Source: Vampirovibrionaceae bacterium NZW_1234 (GTDB taxonomy: Bacteria; Cyanobacteriota; Vampirovibrionia; Vampirovibrionales; JAGQHJ01). From it: a DNA stretch of 64,000 nt. The notes under the pieces are model-generated. The model was not told the origin of the DNA and made no database searches. It was given only the letters and a program-made list of their open reading frames with translations. Shown here piece after piece: positions 19,516 to 29,806 of this stretch (position 1 is its first letter; each line of letters begins with the position of its first letter). The translations under genes were made by a program, and so were the position numbers. The stretch spans positions 176,291 through 240,290 of the forward strand of contig JBGUGD010000030.1 in NCBI GenBank assembly GCA_041697335.1. The letters run 5' to 3'.

Positions 19516-21768
19516 ATGAGAATAGCGAACTTAACTTCAGGGAATATGTTGCAGCGCACCAATCGGGGTGAGCAAGGTACAAAAAAAGTGGCACAGGGTA
19601 AACTGGGGACTCAGTCTCCTTCGATGCCGACTGGCTATATGTCACTTTATGATAACGCTGGCCTTGCTGGGGTTCGATTCGGTGTTTCACTGAAAGGTGT
19701 TTTAAGTAAATTCACCAACGCTGAATTTGATATTGCAGGCACCATGGCGCTTGAGCGCGAAGTGCCCATGCTGGACTACCTGAATGAGGTGGTGGATAAA
19801 CCCGCTTTGCAGCGAAATACCAAACAGCGTATCTATGACATGATCACAGCCCGTGGAACGGACGATAAAAAAGTTCTGGGGCGTGAAGTGAAGACCTACA
19901 AGTTTTTTACCGAACCTGACAATCCTGATGATGCCTTATTAGGTATGGAAGAACAGCTTCATACTGTTGTTGAACATTTACAGCAAGCAGCTTTGGGGAC
20001 CGATGCCGGTAAAAAGCTTTTAATTCTGGTGGGTGGTCCTGGTAGCGGTAAGTCTACCGTCGCTCGGATTATTGTTCGAGGGTTGGAAAACTATTCTCGA
20101 ACTGCCGATGGCGAACGCTACACGCTGAAATGGAAGTTACCTAAAGATGTGGCTCGCGCCATTGGTTTTGATAAACAGGAGTTTGTGGAAGAGGTCTACA
20201 CTGATCCCGTCAAGCTGTTGCCTCTTGAAATGCGAAAAGATTTGGAAAAAACGTTAAACCGCAATAGCAAATTGCCCTATCCGATTAAGTTGTCCAAAGA
20301 AGGGTTACCACCGGCCTCTCAAAAGCTTTACGACAAATTGCTGGCGTATGAAATTCAAAATGGTGGTCAAGATGGTGCTTTTGAGCGAGTTCTGCAAAAA
20401 TATGCAATGGCCAAACGCTTTAAGGTCAGCTCTGTCCACCGGACCGGTTCGGGTAGCTTAGCCGCTGTTGATGGAAAGAGCTTAGACGTGACCCACATGT
20501 CCGGGGGCTCCAAAATGATTAAAGCGGCCACCTCCAGCGAAGGGGATCCGTGGGCCTATGATTTTGCCTCCGGTGAACTGTTTGCGGCTTCCGGTGGGGT
20601 CATGGAATTTATCGAAATTCTGAAGCTGGATAAAGAGCACTTGTTGCCCATCTTGACGCTGAACGAAGAAGGCAAGGTGAAGCCCTCCAAGCAGCCACAG
20701 GTGGAAGTAGACGAATTTGTTATTGCCCACACCAACTTGCCGGAATACGAAGCCAAGGCGGCTGATCCGGAAATGGCGGCAACCTGGGATCGGATGAAGA
20801 TCGTTCGCTTCCCCTACAATACGGCAATTAGCTCTGAGCAGGCCATCTATGAGCGCAGCTTGCCTCTCTTGCATCAGCAAGGTATCAATGTTGCTCCGCA
20901 TACGATGCGTACGGCTTCCTTGTGGGTCATCTTGAGCCGACTGCTGCCAGCCAAGGATCGGAAGTTTGATCCCTTGACCAAAGCCCGTCTTTATAATGGC
21001 GAGCCGAATAAAGATATCGGGATGGCCGAAATTCGGGCCCTGAAAAAAGAAGGTGTGAAGGGCCGTGAAGGGATGGAAGGCATCTCGCCTCGGAAATTGA
21101 AAGATAACGTTATTCCGGCAATTATGACGCATCCGGATGTTCAGAAAACCAAATCCATTGATGGTTATGGTGTTTTGACCATTATTCGGGATAAGTTGGA
21201 TTCCGGTGAAATTGAGTTGGAAGGCGAAGTGAAAGACAAAGCCTACCAAAACCTGGAAATTGCTTTAAAAGATTTGGATGAGCACGTGAAAGAAGATGTC
21301 ACGGAAGCCATTGCCGGGGATCGGGATAACCTCAATGCCATCTTGGATGAATACCTGCGTAACGTGGAAGCCTTTGTGGATAAGAAAGATGTGAGCGATT
21401 GGCGTGGGATTTCCTCTGGCCCCAGTGAACAGCTGATGCAATCCATCGAAAAGAAGATGGGGGTTTCCGACAATCGGACACACCGCCAAAAGCTGAATGC
21501 CATCTTAGGTTCCTATCGTCGTGATGGTAAGCCTATTGATCTGGATCTGTTCCCGGATATTAAAAAGGCCATTGTCCAACATGAGTTGGAACAATTGGAG
21601 CGCAACATTCCATGGAAGGCCTTGTGTACCACGGAGCCGTTGTCCACCAAGAAACAAGAAGATTATCGCCAGGGTGTCATTGGCAACCTGAAGAAAAAGG
21701 GGTACGACGAAGAGTCTGCACGTCACGCGCTGGCTCGGGTTGGTTCTCTGTTCAACACCAATAAGTAA
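19516..21768 (+). CDS. prkA: PrkA/YeaG-family AAA+ ATPase with N-terminal RFG leader
   Basis: Walker A GGPGSGKS, GVMEFIEILKLD, VIAHTNLPEY, FPYN, GMEGISPR, terminal KGYDEESA; leader ends GVRFG. Confidence 0.9.
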   Translation: MRIANLTSGNMLQRTNRGEQGTKKVAQGKLGTQSPSMPTGYMSLYDNAGLAGVRFGVSLKGVLSKFTNAEFDIAGTMALEREVPMLDYLNEVVDKPALQRNTKQRIYDMITARGTDDKKVLGREVKTYKFFTEPDNPDDALLGMEEQLHTVVEHLQQAALGTDAGKKLLILVGGPGSGKSTVARIIVRGLENYSRTADGERYTLKWKLPKDVARAIGFDKQEFVEEVYTDPVKLLPLEMRKDLEKTLNRNSKLPYPIKLSKEGLPPASQKLYDKLLAYEIQNGGQDGAFERVLQKYAMAKRFKVSSVHRTGSGSLAAVDGKSLDVTHMSGGSKMIKAATSSEGDPWAYDFASGELFAASGGVMEFIEILKLDKEHLLPILTLNEEGKVKPSKQPQVEVDEFVIAHTNLPEYEAKAADPEMAATWDRMKIVRFPYNTAISSEQAIYERSLPLLHQQGINVAPHTMRTASLWVILSRLLPAKDRKFDPLTKARLYNGEPNKDIGMAEIRALKKEGVKGREGMEGISPRKLKDNVIPAIMTHPDVQKTKSIDGYGVLTIIRDKLDSGEIELEGEVKDKAYQNLEIALKDLDEHVKEDVTEAIAGDRDNLNAILDEYLRNVEAFVDKKDVSDWRGISSGPSEQLMQSIEKKMGVSDNRTHRQKLNAILGSYRRDGKPIDLDLFPDIKKAIVQHELEQLERNIPWKALCTTEPLSTKKQEDYRQGVIGNLKKKGYDEESARHALARVGSLFNTNK

Positions 21769-21798
21769 CGCCTTTTTCAGCCAATCAGGAGAACGTTC

Positions 21799-23862
21799 AT
21801 GATACAGGTGTTGTATCGGAATCCGATTCATAATTTGCCTATGGCGAAAACCGTGAAGGTGCAGCGCCCTACAAAGGCTCTTCCTCAAGCGGTTGTTCGC
21901 TCCGGCTCGGCCTTGGCCAAGGTGTCCTCTGTGCCGCTTACTGCGACGCAATGGCAGGCCTATGTCTTGCCAAAATCCGATCGGCAAACCCGCTTTGGGA
22001 TGAACTCGGATATTTTCTCTCCCGGTGATATCCTACTGGGCGATCATCCTCCGGATGATGAGCTGGATGAGCTGGATGCGTCTCGTAAGTACCAGTGGGA
22101 TATTATGACCCGGTCTCGGCCCGGATTCCCTCAAGGATGGCTACAACCGGAAGATACCGTATTTGTGGTCACCGATCAGATGCGGATGATGCAGGCCAAT
22201 GCCCGAAATGGGTTTCCGCTTCGCTATAATCACTATAGCTGGGGTGAGGCCTTTAACCGGCTCTATCAAATGCAGGGCCATGGGTTGATGCGGATTTACG
22301 AAAGCGTCATCAATACCAAGCCTTCGGTTGCCTATTTGTTGGATTTCAATCCGGTCTATGCACAGAAGCTGGTTATCGGACACGTGTTTGCACACACCGA
22401 CTTCTTTAAGAATAATATCCGGTTCCAGGACTCGAACCGAGACATTATGCGAGTTATGGCCGACAATAAGCGCGCCATTGCCAAATATGCCTCTGACCCG
22501 ATGATTTTACGTAAAAGCGTCGGGAAAACCACCCCGGTGGAGCGGTTTATTGATGATTATAAGACGATGGAATGGCTCATTGACATGAGTAAATCCGCAC
22601 CGCCGCCACTAACCCCCTATGGGCAGGCAACGGATCCATCTACGGTGGCTCAGGTGGATTTGGACATGGGGTTAAGCCGTCAAAAACTTGGCTTGGGTGG
22701 CTTGATGCGAGACTTTATTGTCTCTGAAGACGAGCGTTCGAAAGCCGTAGATGATGCGCTGACCCGTCGGGAAAATCGAATCAAAAACATTCCGCCAGAA
22801 CCCACGCGAGATGTCTTGGGCTTTTTAATTCAGCACTCTAAGTCGCTTGAACCTTGGCAGCGGGATATTTTAACCCGTCTTCGCGAAGAATCGTACTACT
22901 TTGCTCCTCAGATTCAAACCAAGGTTATGAATGAGGGGTGGGCGACCTGGTGGCATACCCGAATGGGTGCTGAAGGGGTCTATAAACCGGATGAGATGGT
23001 TCCGGTTGCCAAGATGATGGCCGGTGGTGAAGCTCATGACCCTCAGGGGCTTAACCCTTATTTGGTGGGTCGCACCATTTTCCATAATATCTATGAAAAA
23101 GCGGGGCGGGGTATTCCCATTGATGTGCCCGAGGAAGAACTGGTTAAACGCTATAGTATTGATGAGCTGATGGCGCTGAAAAAGAAACCCATTGACGATG
23201 AGTTGGGCATCAAGGCCATTCAGCATGTGCGCAAATATGAAGATGATATGTCGTTCTTGCGCAAATATTTAACCGAGGACGTTGCCCGTGAATTGGGTCT
23301 GTACAATTACGAAGAGGTAACCGATTTCCGGGGTAATACGGAAGAGGTTGTGACTTCCAAAGATTTCAATGCGGTCAAATCTCGGATTCTTCAAAATTAT
23401 GACAATGGCGGTATGCCTATCATTGAAGTCGTCAATGGGGACTATCGCGGTCGCAGTGAATTGTTGCTGCGTCATGTCCATCTGTTCCAGGATCTGAATC
23501 GCAACGACGCCAAAGAGACGTTGAAATCGGTTTATCGGATGTGGGGTATGCCGGTTCACCTGGATACCTTCTACACCGCACCCGTGGATCCCAACCTGAT
23601 TAACAGTTTGGTTCAATCGATCCGTAATGCCCGACAATATGGCCAAGGCAAAGCCTATTGGCGTGGCAGTGAAAAGACGTTACAGGAAATGGAACAAGAG
23701 TTGCATAAACTGCAATCCAACAAGACGAAAGTCCCCATCCGATTCTCGACCGAAGATGGGAAGGATGTGTCCATTCGCGTCCTGAATGACAAAGGGGATA
23801 CCACCAAAAACTTCGATCCCAAAGATTTCGTGATTAAGGCAGACAGCGATTGGTATTGGTAG
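21799..23862 (+). CDS. spoVR: SpoVR/YcgB family protein with N-terminal RFG leader
   Basis: GFPLRYNHYSWG, IYESVIN, GHVFAHTDFFKNN, YFAPQIQTKVMNEGWATWWH, NPYLVG. Confidence 0.92.
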   Translation: MIQVLYRNPIHNLPMAKTVKVQRPTKALPQAVVRSGSALAKVSSVPLTATQWQAYVLPKSDRQTRFGMNSDIFSPGDILLGDHPPDDELDELDASRKYQWDIMTRSRPGFPQGWLQPEDTVFVVTDQMRMMQANARNGFPLRYNHYSWGEAFNRLYQMQGHGLMRIYESVINTKPSVAYLLDFNPVYAQKLVIGHVFAHTDFFKNNIRFQDSNRDIMRVMADNKRAIAKYASDPMILRKSVGKTTPVERFIDDYKTMEWLIDMSKSAPPPLTPYGQATDPSTVAQVDLDMGLSRQKLGLGGLMRDFIVSEDERSKAVDDALTRRENRIKNIPPEPTRDVLGFLIQHSKSLEPWQRDILTRLREESYYFAPQIQTKVMNEGWATWWHTRMGAEGVYKPDEMVPVAKMMAGGEAHDPQGLNPYLVGRTIFHNIYEKAGRGIPIDVPEEELVKRYSIDELMALKKKPIDDELGIKAIQHVRKYEDDMSFLRKYLTEDVARELGLYNYEEVTDFRGNTEEVVTSKDFNAVKSRILQNYDNGGMPIIEVVNGDYRGRSELLLRHVHLFQDLNRNDAKETLKSVYRMWGMPVHLDTFYTAPVDPNLINSLVQSIRNARQYGQGKAYWRGSEKTLQEMEQELHKLQSNKTKVPIRFSTEDGKDVSIRVLNDKGDTTKNFDPKDFVIKADSDWYW

Positions 23863-23871
23863 GGGTGACGT

Positions 23872-25662
23872 ATGATTATTAATCAACTTGGACAATTCAT
23901 ACAGAAACCGACAAACACGGCTCGCCCCAGTGTTTCTCGGCGACCTGTGATGCCTGCGCTGAACCAGGATCTGTTTCAAATCTCCAGAGCGCAATCGGGC
24001 CAGAGTCGGCAAGTTCGTTTTTCGGGCGATGACGATGGCATGACCGATCCGGATACCAAGCGTTTCTGGGATATTGTCAAAGGTGTTGAGACGCCGGAGC
24101 ACTTGCTGGATCAAATTACCCGAGGCGGTTTAAAAATTGGCCAGGATGGTGGTGTGACGTTGCCGATGCCGACCATTAACCGCCCCACGTTCTCTTATAA
24201 ACCCAATAGCGATAGCAATGATGATGGCGACGGCGATGGCGATGGGGATGGTCAAGGTGGACCAGGACAAGGCCCCGGTAAAGGTGGCGGTGTTGGGAGC
24301 AATCCTGGTGCCGGACCAGGTGACGTCATTGGTCAGGATGGCGATGGCGAAGGTGATGGCCAAGGTGGCAAAGGTGCTGGCCAAGGCGGTGGTGGTGGTG
24401 GCCGTGAAAAATGGGAACGCCGCCTCACGGGAACCGAAGTTGCGAAATTGCTTGAGCAATTGGAACTCCCCTATTTGCAAGACAAAGGGCGGGGCCAGTT
24501 CCAACATGCCGGAATTCGGTGGAATAACAAGCGTCAACCGCCGCCGGGGATCCCGCTCAGAGAGTCGTATGATCCGGCCATTGCACGTGAAACATTCCAC
24601 GTGAGTCAGGAACAAAAGAAGTTTATTGGCGAGCTTTATCAGGTGGCCTTTGGGCGAGAGCCTCAGGATGACGAGCTGGATTATTGGAAAGACGTACTCA
24701 AGGAGCTTGAGGCGGATAACCAGATGGATCTGGAAAACGTTGAGCCGTTGTTGATTGGCGAGTTTTTAACCTCGGAGCAGTATCAACAGCAGTTTGGCGG
24801 CAAAACCGATAAGATGATTTCGGATGCCTACAAGCTGGCCATCGGCAAAGCGCCTTCTCGTCATGGGATTGAACTCTGGAGCAGCAAATTGGAAACCGGC
24901 TTAACGGTTAAAGATATGCCGCTTGCGCTTTACCAGATGTTTGGCGACAAGATGGACAGCCGACGTCGGAATATCGTTTTTAATCCCGATAATCTGATTA
25001 TTGCACCCAAGGAAGTGCGACGCATTGACTGGAAAGAACACAAGAAGCCTTTTTCTCAGGCCGTTATTTTCTATGTCATGGATGTTTCCGGATCCATTTC
25101 CGATCAGGATAAAGAAATGGCCCGGATGAACAACTACTTGCTCTCGACCTGGGTGAAATACCAGTATGGTTTGAAAGTGGCCAAGATGCAGGGCAAAAAG
25201 TACAACGACAAAGAATTTTTCGGCAAAAGTGTCGCTGAGCGTCATATCATTTTTACCGAGACTGCCAAAGAAGTGGATGCCGATGAGTTTTACACCACCT
25301 CTCAATCCGGTGGAACCAGTATTTCATCGGGGTTGAAGATGGTCGAAGAGATTATTGACAAAGATTATCCGCCCAAGGATTGGAACGTGTATGTGTTTGT
25401 TTATAGTGACGGGGACTCTTGGAGCGACAACGATAAGTCCGTCAAGATTATTCAGGACTTGGAGAAAAAAGGGATTAATCTCATGGCATACGGTCACTTA
25501 GGGCAACGAAGCAGCATTTCCGGCAGTAATTTTGCCAATGTGCTCAATGAAAAATTCAAGGAATCCAAGACCGTGCGTCTTGCTGTCCTGGATCGTCCTG
25601 AGATGAAAACCTATAAAGAAGCCATAAAAGCCATGTTGGCGAAAGAGAAGGAGGCTGTGTAA
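23872..25662 (+). CDS. yeaH: YeaH/YhbH (DUF444) vWA-domain protein with leader and inserted DUF4214-like domain
   Basis: Gly/Asp-rich linker, LELPYLQDKG, MDVSGS MIDAS, SGGTSISSG, YPPKDWNVY, SDGDSW; leader ends QVRFSG. Confidence 0.88.
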   Translation: MIINQLGQFIQKPTNTARPSVSRRPVMPALNQDLFQISRAQSGQSRQVRFSGDDDGMTDPDTKRFWDIVKGVETPEHLLDQITRGGLKIGQDGGVTLPMPTINRPTFSYKPNSDSNDDGDGDGDGDGQGGPGQGPGKGGGVGSNPGAGPGDVIGQDGDGEGDGQGGKGAGQGGGGGGREKWERRLTGTEVAKLLEQLELPYLQDKGRGQFQHAGIRWNNKRQPPPGIPLRESYDPAIARETFHVSQEQKKFIGELYQVAFGREPQDDELDYWKDVLKELEADNQMDLENVEPLLIGEFLTSEQYQQQFGGKTDKMISDAYKLAIGKAPSRHGIELWSSKLETGLTVKDMPLALYQMFGDKMDSRRRNIVFNPDNLIIAPKEVRRIDWKEHKKPFSQAVIFYVMDVSGSISDQDKEMARMNNYLLSTWVKYQYGLKVAKMQGKKYNDKEFFGKSVAERHIIFTETAKEVDADEFYTTSQSGGTSISSGLKMVEEIIDKDYPPKDWNVYVFVYSDGDSWSDNDKSVKIIQDLEKKGINLMAYGHLGQRSSISGSNFANVLNEKFKESKTVRLAVLDRPEMKTYKEAIKAMLAKEKEAV

Positions 25663-25664
25663 CG

Positions 25665-28394
25665 ATGGTTGACTCCATTTCTTTTTCTTCTTTGCCAGCG
25701 TTGGTTCGGCGTCGGTCGCTGTCGACCCCGGTAATGCCCAGAAAACCCATTGTGGTTACCCCGGGGTTAAAATCCTCAGCGTTTGGGTTGGCCAAGGGTG
25801 TTCATTACCAGGCCTATGCCTTGCCTCGTTTCTCAGCGGCAAACACGACACCCGTTGTGAAAGAAGCGCCAGCCCAAACCCAAAGTGGCGCTGCTGCTGA
25901 AAACGCTGAAGCCCAGGCGGATGCGTTGCTGAGTAAAATCACGACCGACACGAAGGTAAAATTCAAAGAAACCAAGCCGATGATGAGCTTGAAAGAGTTT
26001 ATCTCGCTGGTTTACCAAGATCCCTATAAATACCTGCCTACTGCCAGTCACTATGCGGTTCGCGGTTTGAAGTCCTTCGGAACCGAGAATAAACGGGTGA
26101 TGGGTGAAGATGTGGTGGCGCACAAGTTTGTGAAAGCGCCCTGGAAATCCCAAGCCTTAAACGAAATTCCCGGGCTCCTGGGTCAAGATGAGGTGATTTC
26201 TCAGATTATTGAAACCCTGGAAGATTTTTCCCGAACCGGGAAGCAGAATCGGATGATTTTGCTTGTCGGCCCCAAAGGCAGCGGAAAAAGTGAAACCTGG
26301 CGCCTGGTCTCCAAGGCCCTGGAACTCTATTCACATCGACCTGAAGGGGTGCGCTATACGTTGAACTGGGTCTTCCCCAAGAGCAATCCCTTCGATATTA
26401 TTCGCCCCTTAATGACGGAAGACGATTACAATCAGTGGGAAAAGACCAAGCAAGGCTCTTCTACCGTATTGTCTCCCAAAAATATCGGGGCACTTCTAGA
26501 GTCTAATTTAAATATTCACCCGCTGTTCTTGTTGCCGGTTCAGGATCGCGAAGCTTTAATCCAGGATCTGCACCGCCGGGGTAAGATTCAGAATACGGCT
26601 GAATTTAGTTACTTCATCAACGGTAAACTGGATTCCTACTCCCAGAAGATTCTTGATGCTCTGACCGAACACTACGACGGGGATATGAGCAAGGTGTTCA
26701 ACCACGTGATGGTCGAGCGCTGGACGATGTCTGAACAAAGTGGTAAGGGTCTTGGCATGGTGCCGCCTGCGGCAAACCGAGATGCGATGTTAAAACAGGT
26801 GACTCCCGATGTTCGATGGGATAGGTTCCCAGCCTTCCTGCAACGAGCTGGCCTGATGAAACTGGTGGGAGCCTTGCCCAATGCCAATGGCGGCTTGTTT
26901 AACATGGAAGATATGGGCCGTAACATGGACCCGACCCGTTATGTGTATCTCCTGATCACCGGCGAAACAGGGGAGACCATTATTGACACCCATGGCCAGG
27001 ATGATGCATCCACAGTTCGTGAACAATTGGATGTGGTTTTTGTAGGCAGCGCCAACCCGGAAAGCATCTTAAAAATGATGAAAGAAGGGCAATGGGATGC
27101 TTTGTCGAAGCGGACCAAATTGATTTATGTGCCGTATTTGCGCCAATATCGTGAAGAAGCCCAGATTTACGAACCCTTGCTGGCCAATCAGCGTCAACGG
27201 GGTCGAAAGATCGATCCGTTTGTCAATGAAGCCTTCCCGTTGTTTTTGACGACCACGCGTTTGCTGCCCGTCAATGCAGATAATGCGGCTTATAAAAAGG
27301 TCAATAGCGATGAATTGACAGAAGGCTTGAAAAAGCTCGATCCGTTACGCAAGGCGTTGCTGTATCAAGGGGAAGATTTAAATTCCTTTGAAAGTTCGCC
27401 GAATAAGGTGCCGCCTTTTGAACGACGGATTCAAGAAGCCCTGCATGATCATGTGGCCCTGGTCAAACATGAGCATGACCCGGATTCTCGCTCGGACATT
27501 GTCTCGAACTTTGAAGGCAGTCATGGCATCGATCCTCGTGAAGGTGAGGATTTGATGAAGCGGATATTAAACTATGATCCGGAGTCGCCGGTGACGGTCT
27601 TGACGATGTTTCAAGCTCTTGCCGATGTGGTCAAAACGGATATGAAATATCAGCAGGATTTGGTGCAAGCCATTAAAATGGATCCCAATTTCTTTGGCAA
27701 GTTTCAGAAGCCCGGGGCCAAGAAAGATGAAAGCCCGGCCTTTGTTCCGACGCCCATTGATTTGCTGAAGATGGTCGAGGGCCATATGCGACGGAAAATG
27801 CAGGTGGAAATCAAAGAGGCCTTGAAGGTCTATCATGAGCCCAAGATCTATGCCGACCAGATTCGCAAGTATATGGCCCATGTTGAGGCCCGTAACAATA
27901 CGACTGAAATAGACGATCCGGAGCTGCGTTCACCAACATCCACGGATAAAACACCCGATCCGAATTTCATGAAGCGAATTGAATTGATTATTGCGCCTAG
28001 TGCCGTGAAATCGGATAAGGATTTAGAAACCTTCCGGCTGGAAATGATGGGCCGTCAAAAGCGATGGGATCGGAGCCAATCCGTACAGGACAACATCTTG
28101 CGGATTTATGAGCCCGAGGTAAAAACCTTGATGACCCATGATGAAACCAAGTTCCAGGAACACCTGGATCGGTTGCTGGCCGATCTGCCCAAGGTCTTGC
28201 GTAATCCCAATATTTACGACAACCAGGCCGATAAAAAAGATCATGTGGAACAAATTTTAGGAGGTATTGCAAAACTCACCGAGCGCGGTATACCCAAGGA
28301 AGCGTTGCCTCAAATGGTGGAGTGGGCCTTTGATCCGGCTCGAAACTTTATCTCCGATGGTACATTTAAAATTAGGAGGCCCTCGCAGTCATGA
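25665..28394 (+). CDS. Second PrkA/YeaG-like AAA+ ATPase with leader
   Basis: Walker A GPKGSGKS, GALPNANGG, GSANPE, VPYLRQYREEAQIY, EGSHGIDPRE; leader ends LPRFSA. Confidence 0.85.
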   Translation: MVDSISFSSLPALVRRRSLSTPVMPRKPIVVTPGLKSSAFGLAKGVHYQAYALPRFSAANTTPVVKEAPAQTQSGAAAENAEAQADALLSKITTDTKVKFKETKPMMSLKEFISLVYQDPYKYLPTASHYAVRGLKSFGTENKRVMGEDVVAHKFVKAPWKSQALNEIPGLLGQDEVISQIIETLEDFSRTGKQNRMILLVGPKGSGKSETWRLVSKALELYSHRPEGVRYTLNWVFPKSNPFDIIRPLMTEDDYNQWEKTKQGSSTVLSPKNIGALLESNLNIHPLFLLPVQDREALIQDLHRRGKIQNTAEFSYFINGKLDSYSQKILDALTEHYDGDMSKVFNHVMVERWTMSEQSGKGLGMVPPAANRDAMLKQVTPDVRWDRFPAFLQRAGLMKLVGALPNANGGLFNMEDMGRNMDPTRYVYLLITGETGETIIDTHGQDDASTVREQLDVVFVGSANPESILKMMKEGQWDALSKRTKLIYVPYLRQYREEAQIYEPLLANQRQRGRKIDPFVNEAFPLFLTTTRLLPVNADNAAYKKVNSDELTEGLKKLDPLRKALLYQGEDLNSFESSPNKVPPFERRIQEALHDHVALVKHEHDPDSRSDIVSNFEGSHGIDPREGEDLMKRILNYDPESPVTVLTMFQALADVVKTDMKYQQDLVQAIKMDPNFFGKFQKPGAKKDESPAFVPTPIDLLKMVEGHMRRKMQVEIKEALKVYHEPKIYADQIRKYMAHVEARNNTTEIDDPELRSPTSTDKTPDPNFMKRIELIIAPSAVKSDKDLETFRLEMMGRQKRWDRSQSVQDNILRIYEPEVKTLMTHDETKFQEHLDRLLADLPKVLRNPNIYDNQADKKDHVEQILGGIAKLTERGIPKEALPQMVEWAFDPARNFISDGTFKIRRPSQS

Positions 28395-29671
28395 CCGTTG
28401 CTCTGACCCCAGTGAATCAGTTTGTGTCCTCACGTTTATTGGCCAGTAAAGGGGGTGTTTCTCCCAAGCGGCCTGTATCCCGCCAGCCGCGTTTTGCCGG
28501 TCAATTCAGTCAGCCAGTAACGGCACCGGTATCCAATCAGCAATTGGTGTCGGCGCTCAAGGGCCAGGTTAAGTTTGGCTCCTTGGGACAACTGATCAGT
28601 ATTGCCCCGGGGTATAAGTTGGGTGAAGCTCGGGCAGCTCATAACCAGCCCCTGAATCGGATGCCCAGCATTATTTTGGAAAGCGCCACCGGCGATAAAA
28701 TCGCGATCGATCCGGTTTCGGCCAATTTTGAGCGCAATATTATCGAGTTTACCGAAGATTTTAATCAAGACTCGGCTCGCGCCTTTAATGCCCAGGTCGA
28801 TTTTCTGAAAAACAAAATCCTGGATAAACGTGCTAAGGGCGAAATTAAAGACCCCAGTGAAGAAACGGTTCATATTTACATCAATAGCCCGGGTGGGATG
28901 ATTATCTCGCTTTATGCCATGATCGATGCTGTTGATACGTTGAAAAAAGCCAATATCCCCGTGGCTACCTACTGCCGTGGCATGGCTGCCAGTTGCGGTT
29001 CGGTATTGTTTGCCCTGGGTACTCCCGGCCAGCGTTATATGACCCCCCATGGGCGTGTTTTGGTGCACCAACCGTTGGGTGGAAGTTATGGTCAGGCAAC
29101 GGATATCGGGCTTCAGAACGAAGAAATTCAAGAGATGAAAATTAAGCTGACCGATATTTTGTCCCTCTCTGCGCTGGAGGGCAAAATCATTCGATTGCAG
29201 AAAGAAGTGGATCGCCTGTCGGAATCCGAAAATCAGTGGTCCCCGAATGTACAGGCCCGGCAAAAGCAAATTGCGCAATTTGAGGCGGAGAAAGTTCGGA
29301 TTCGTAAAACCCAGGAAGCTCGCACTCAACAGAAAATTTACATTACCCAGGCCGAAATGCTGAAAGCAGAAGACCGGAGTCAAGAAGCCGAAGAGGCCTT
29401 GGCTAAAGGCCAAAAGCTCGTAACCGATACCATTGCAGCCGTCACCAGCGAAGCCCGTGAGCAGGAGCGTCAGCGTTTAACCGAGGTGATTGCCAATTCC
29501 GATGGTGCGACGAAGACTACGGCAGAACGAGAATTGAGACGCTTGGATGATCGCAAGGTCCCCTATAGCTCGACTCGCGAACGTATGGCCCAAGTCATGG
29601 AGCGCGATCGCTGGTTGACTGCTGAAGAAGCCGTTGAGTACGGCTTAGCGGACGGTATTGTCACCCGCTAA
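28391..29671 (+). CDS. clpP: ClpP-family serine protease with leader and large coiled-coil insertion
   Basis: IYINSPGG, GMAASCG (Ser), VHQPLGG (His), ERDRWLTAEEAVEYGLAD (Asp); ATGA overlap with upstream gene. Confidence 0.88.
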   Translation: MTVALTPVNQFVSSRLLASKGGVSPKRPVSRQPRFAGQFSQPVTAPVSNQQLVSALKGQVKFGSLGQLISIAPGYKLGEARAAHNQPLNRMPSIILESATGDKIAIDPVSANFERNIIEFTEDFNQDSARAFNAQVDFLKNKILDKRAKGEIKDPSEETVHIYINSPGGMIISLYAMIDAVDTLKKANIPVATYCRGMAASCGSVLFALGTPGQRYMTPHGRVLVHQPLGGSYGQATDIGLQNEEIQEMKIKLTDILSLSALEGKIIRLQKEVDRLSESENQWSPNVQARQKQIAQFEAEKVRIRKTQEARTQQKIYITQAEMLKAEDRSQEAEEALAKGQKLVTDTIAAVTSEAREQERQRLTEVIANSDGATKTTAERELRRLDDRKVPYSSTRERMAQVMERDRWLTAEEAVEYGLADGIVTR

Positions 29672-29806
29672 GTGGTTTTTCACACGCACCCTCGATTGAC
29701 TTGATTCAGATCCCCGTATTGTCGCTGCTGCTGGGCTCGTGTCTTGTGATTCTTTCAGGTACAATGGCCCAACATGGGCCGTATTGATACGAGAGAGGAG
29801 CGTTTT

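Noticed and set aside
24215..24402. Gly/Asp-rich repeats in yeaH as a separate repeat element
   Set aside because: A Gly-rich linker is a normal feature of YeaH/YhbH proteins
28436..29413. Long antisense ORFs (325 aa here; also 20482-21249, 13494-14213, 1283-1984)
   Set aside because: They shadow well-supported genes and show no recognisable motifs
29170..29570. Intein in ClpP
   Set aside because: No C-terminal His-Asn splice motif or endonuclease motifs; composition is coiled-coil
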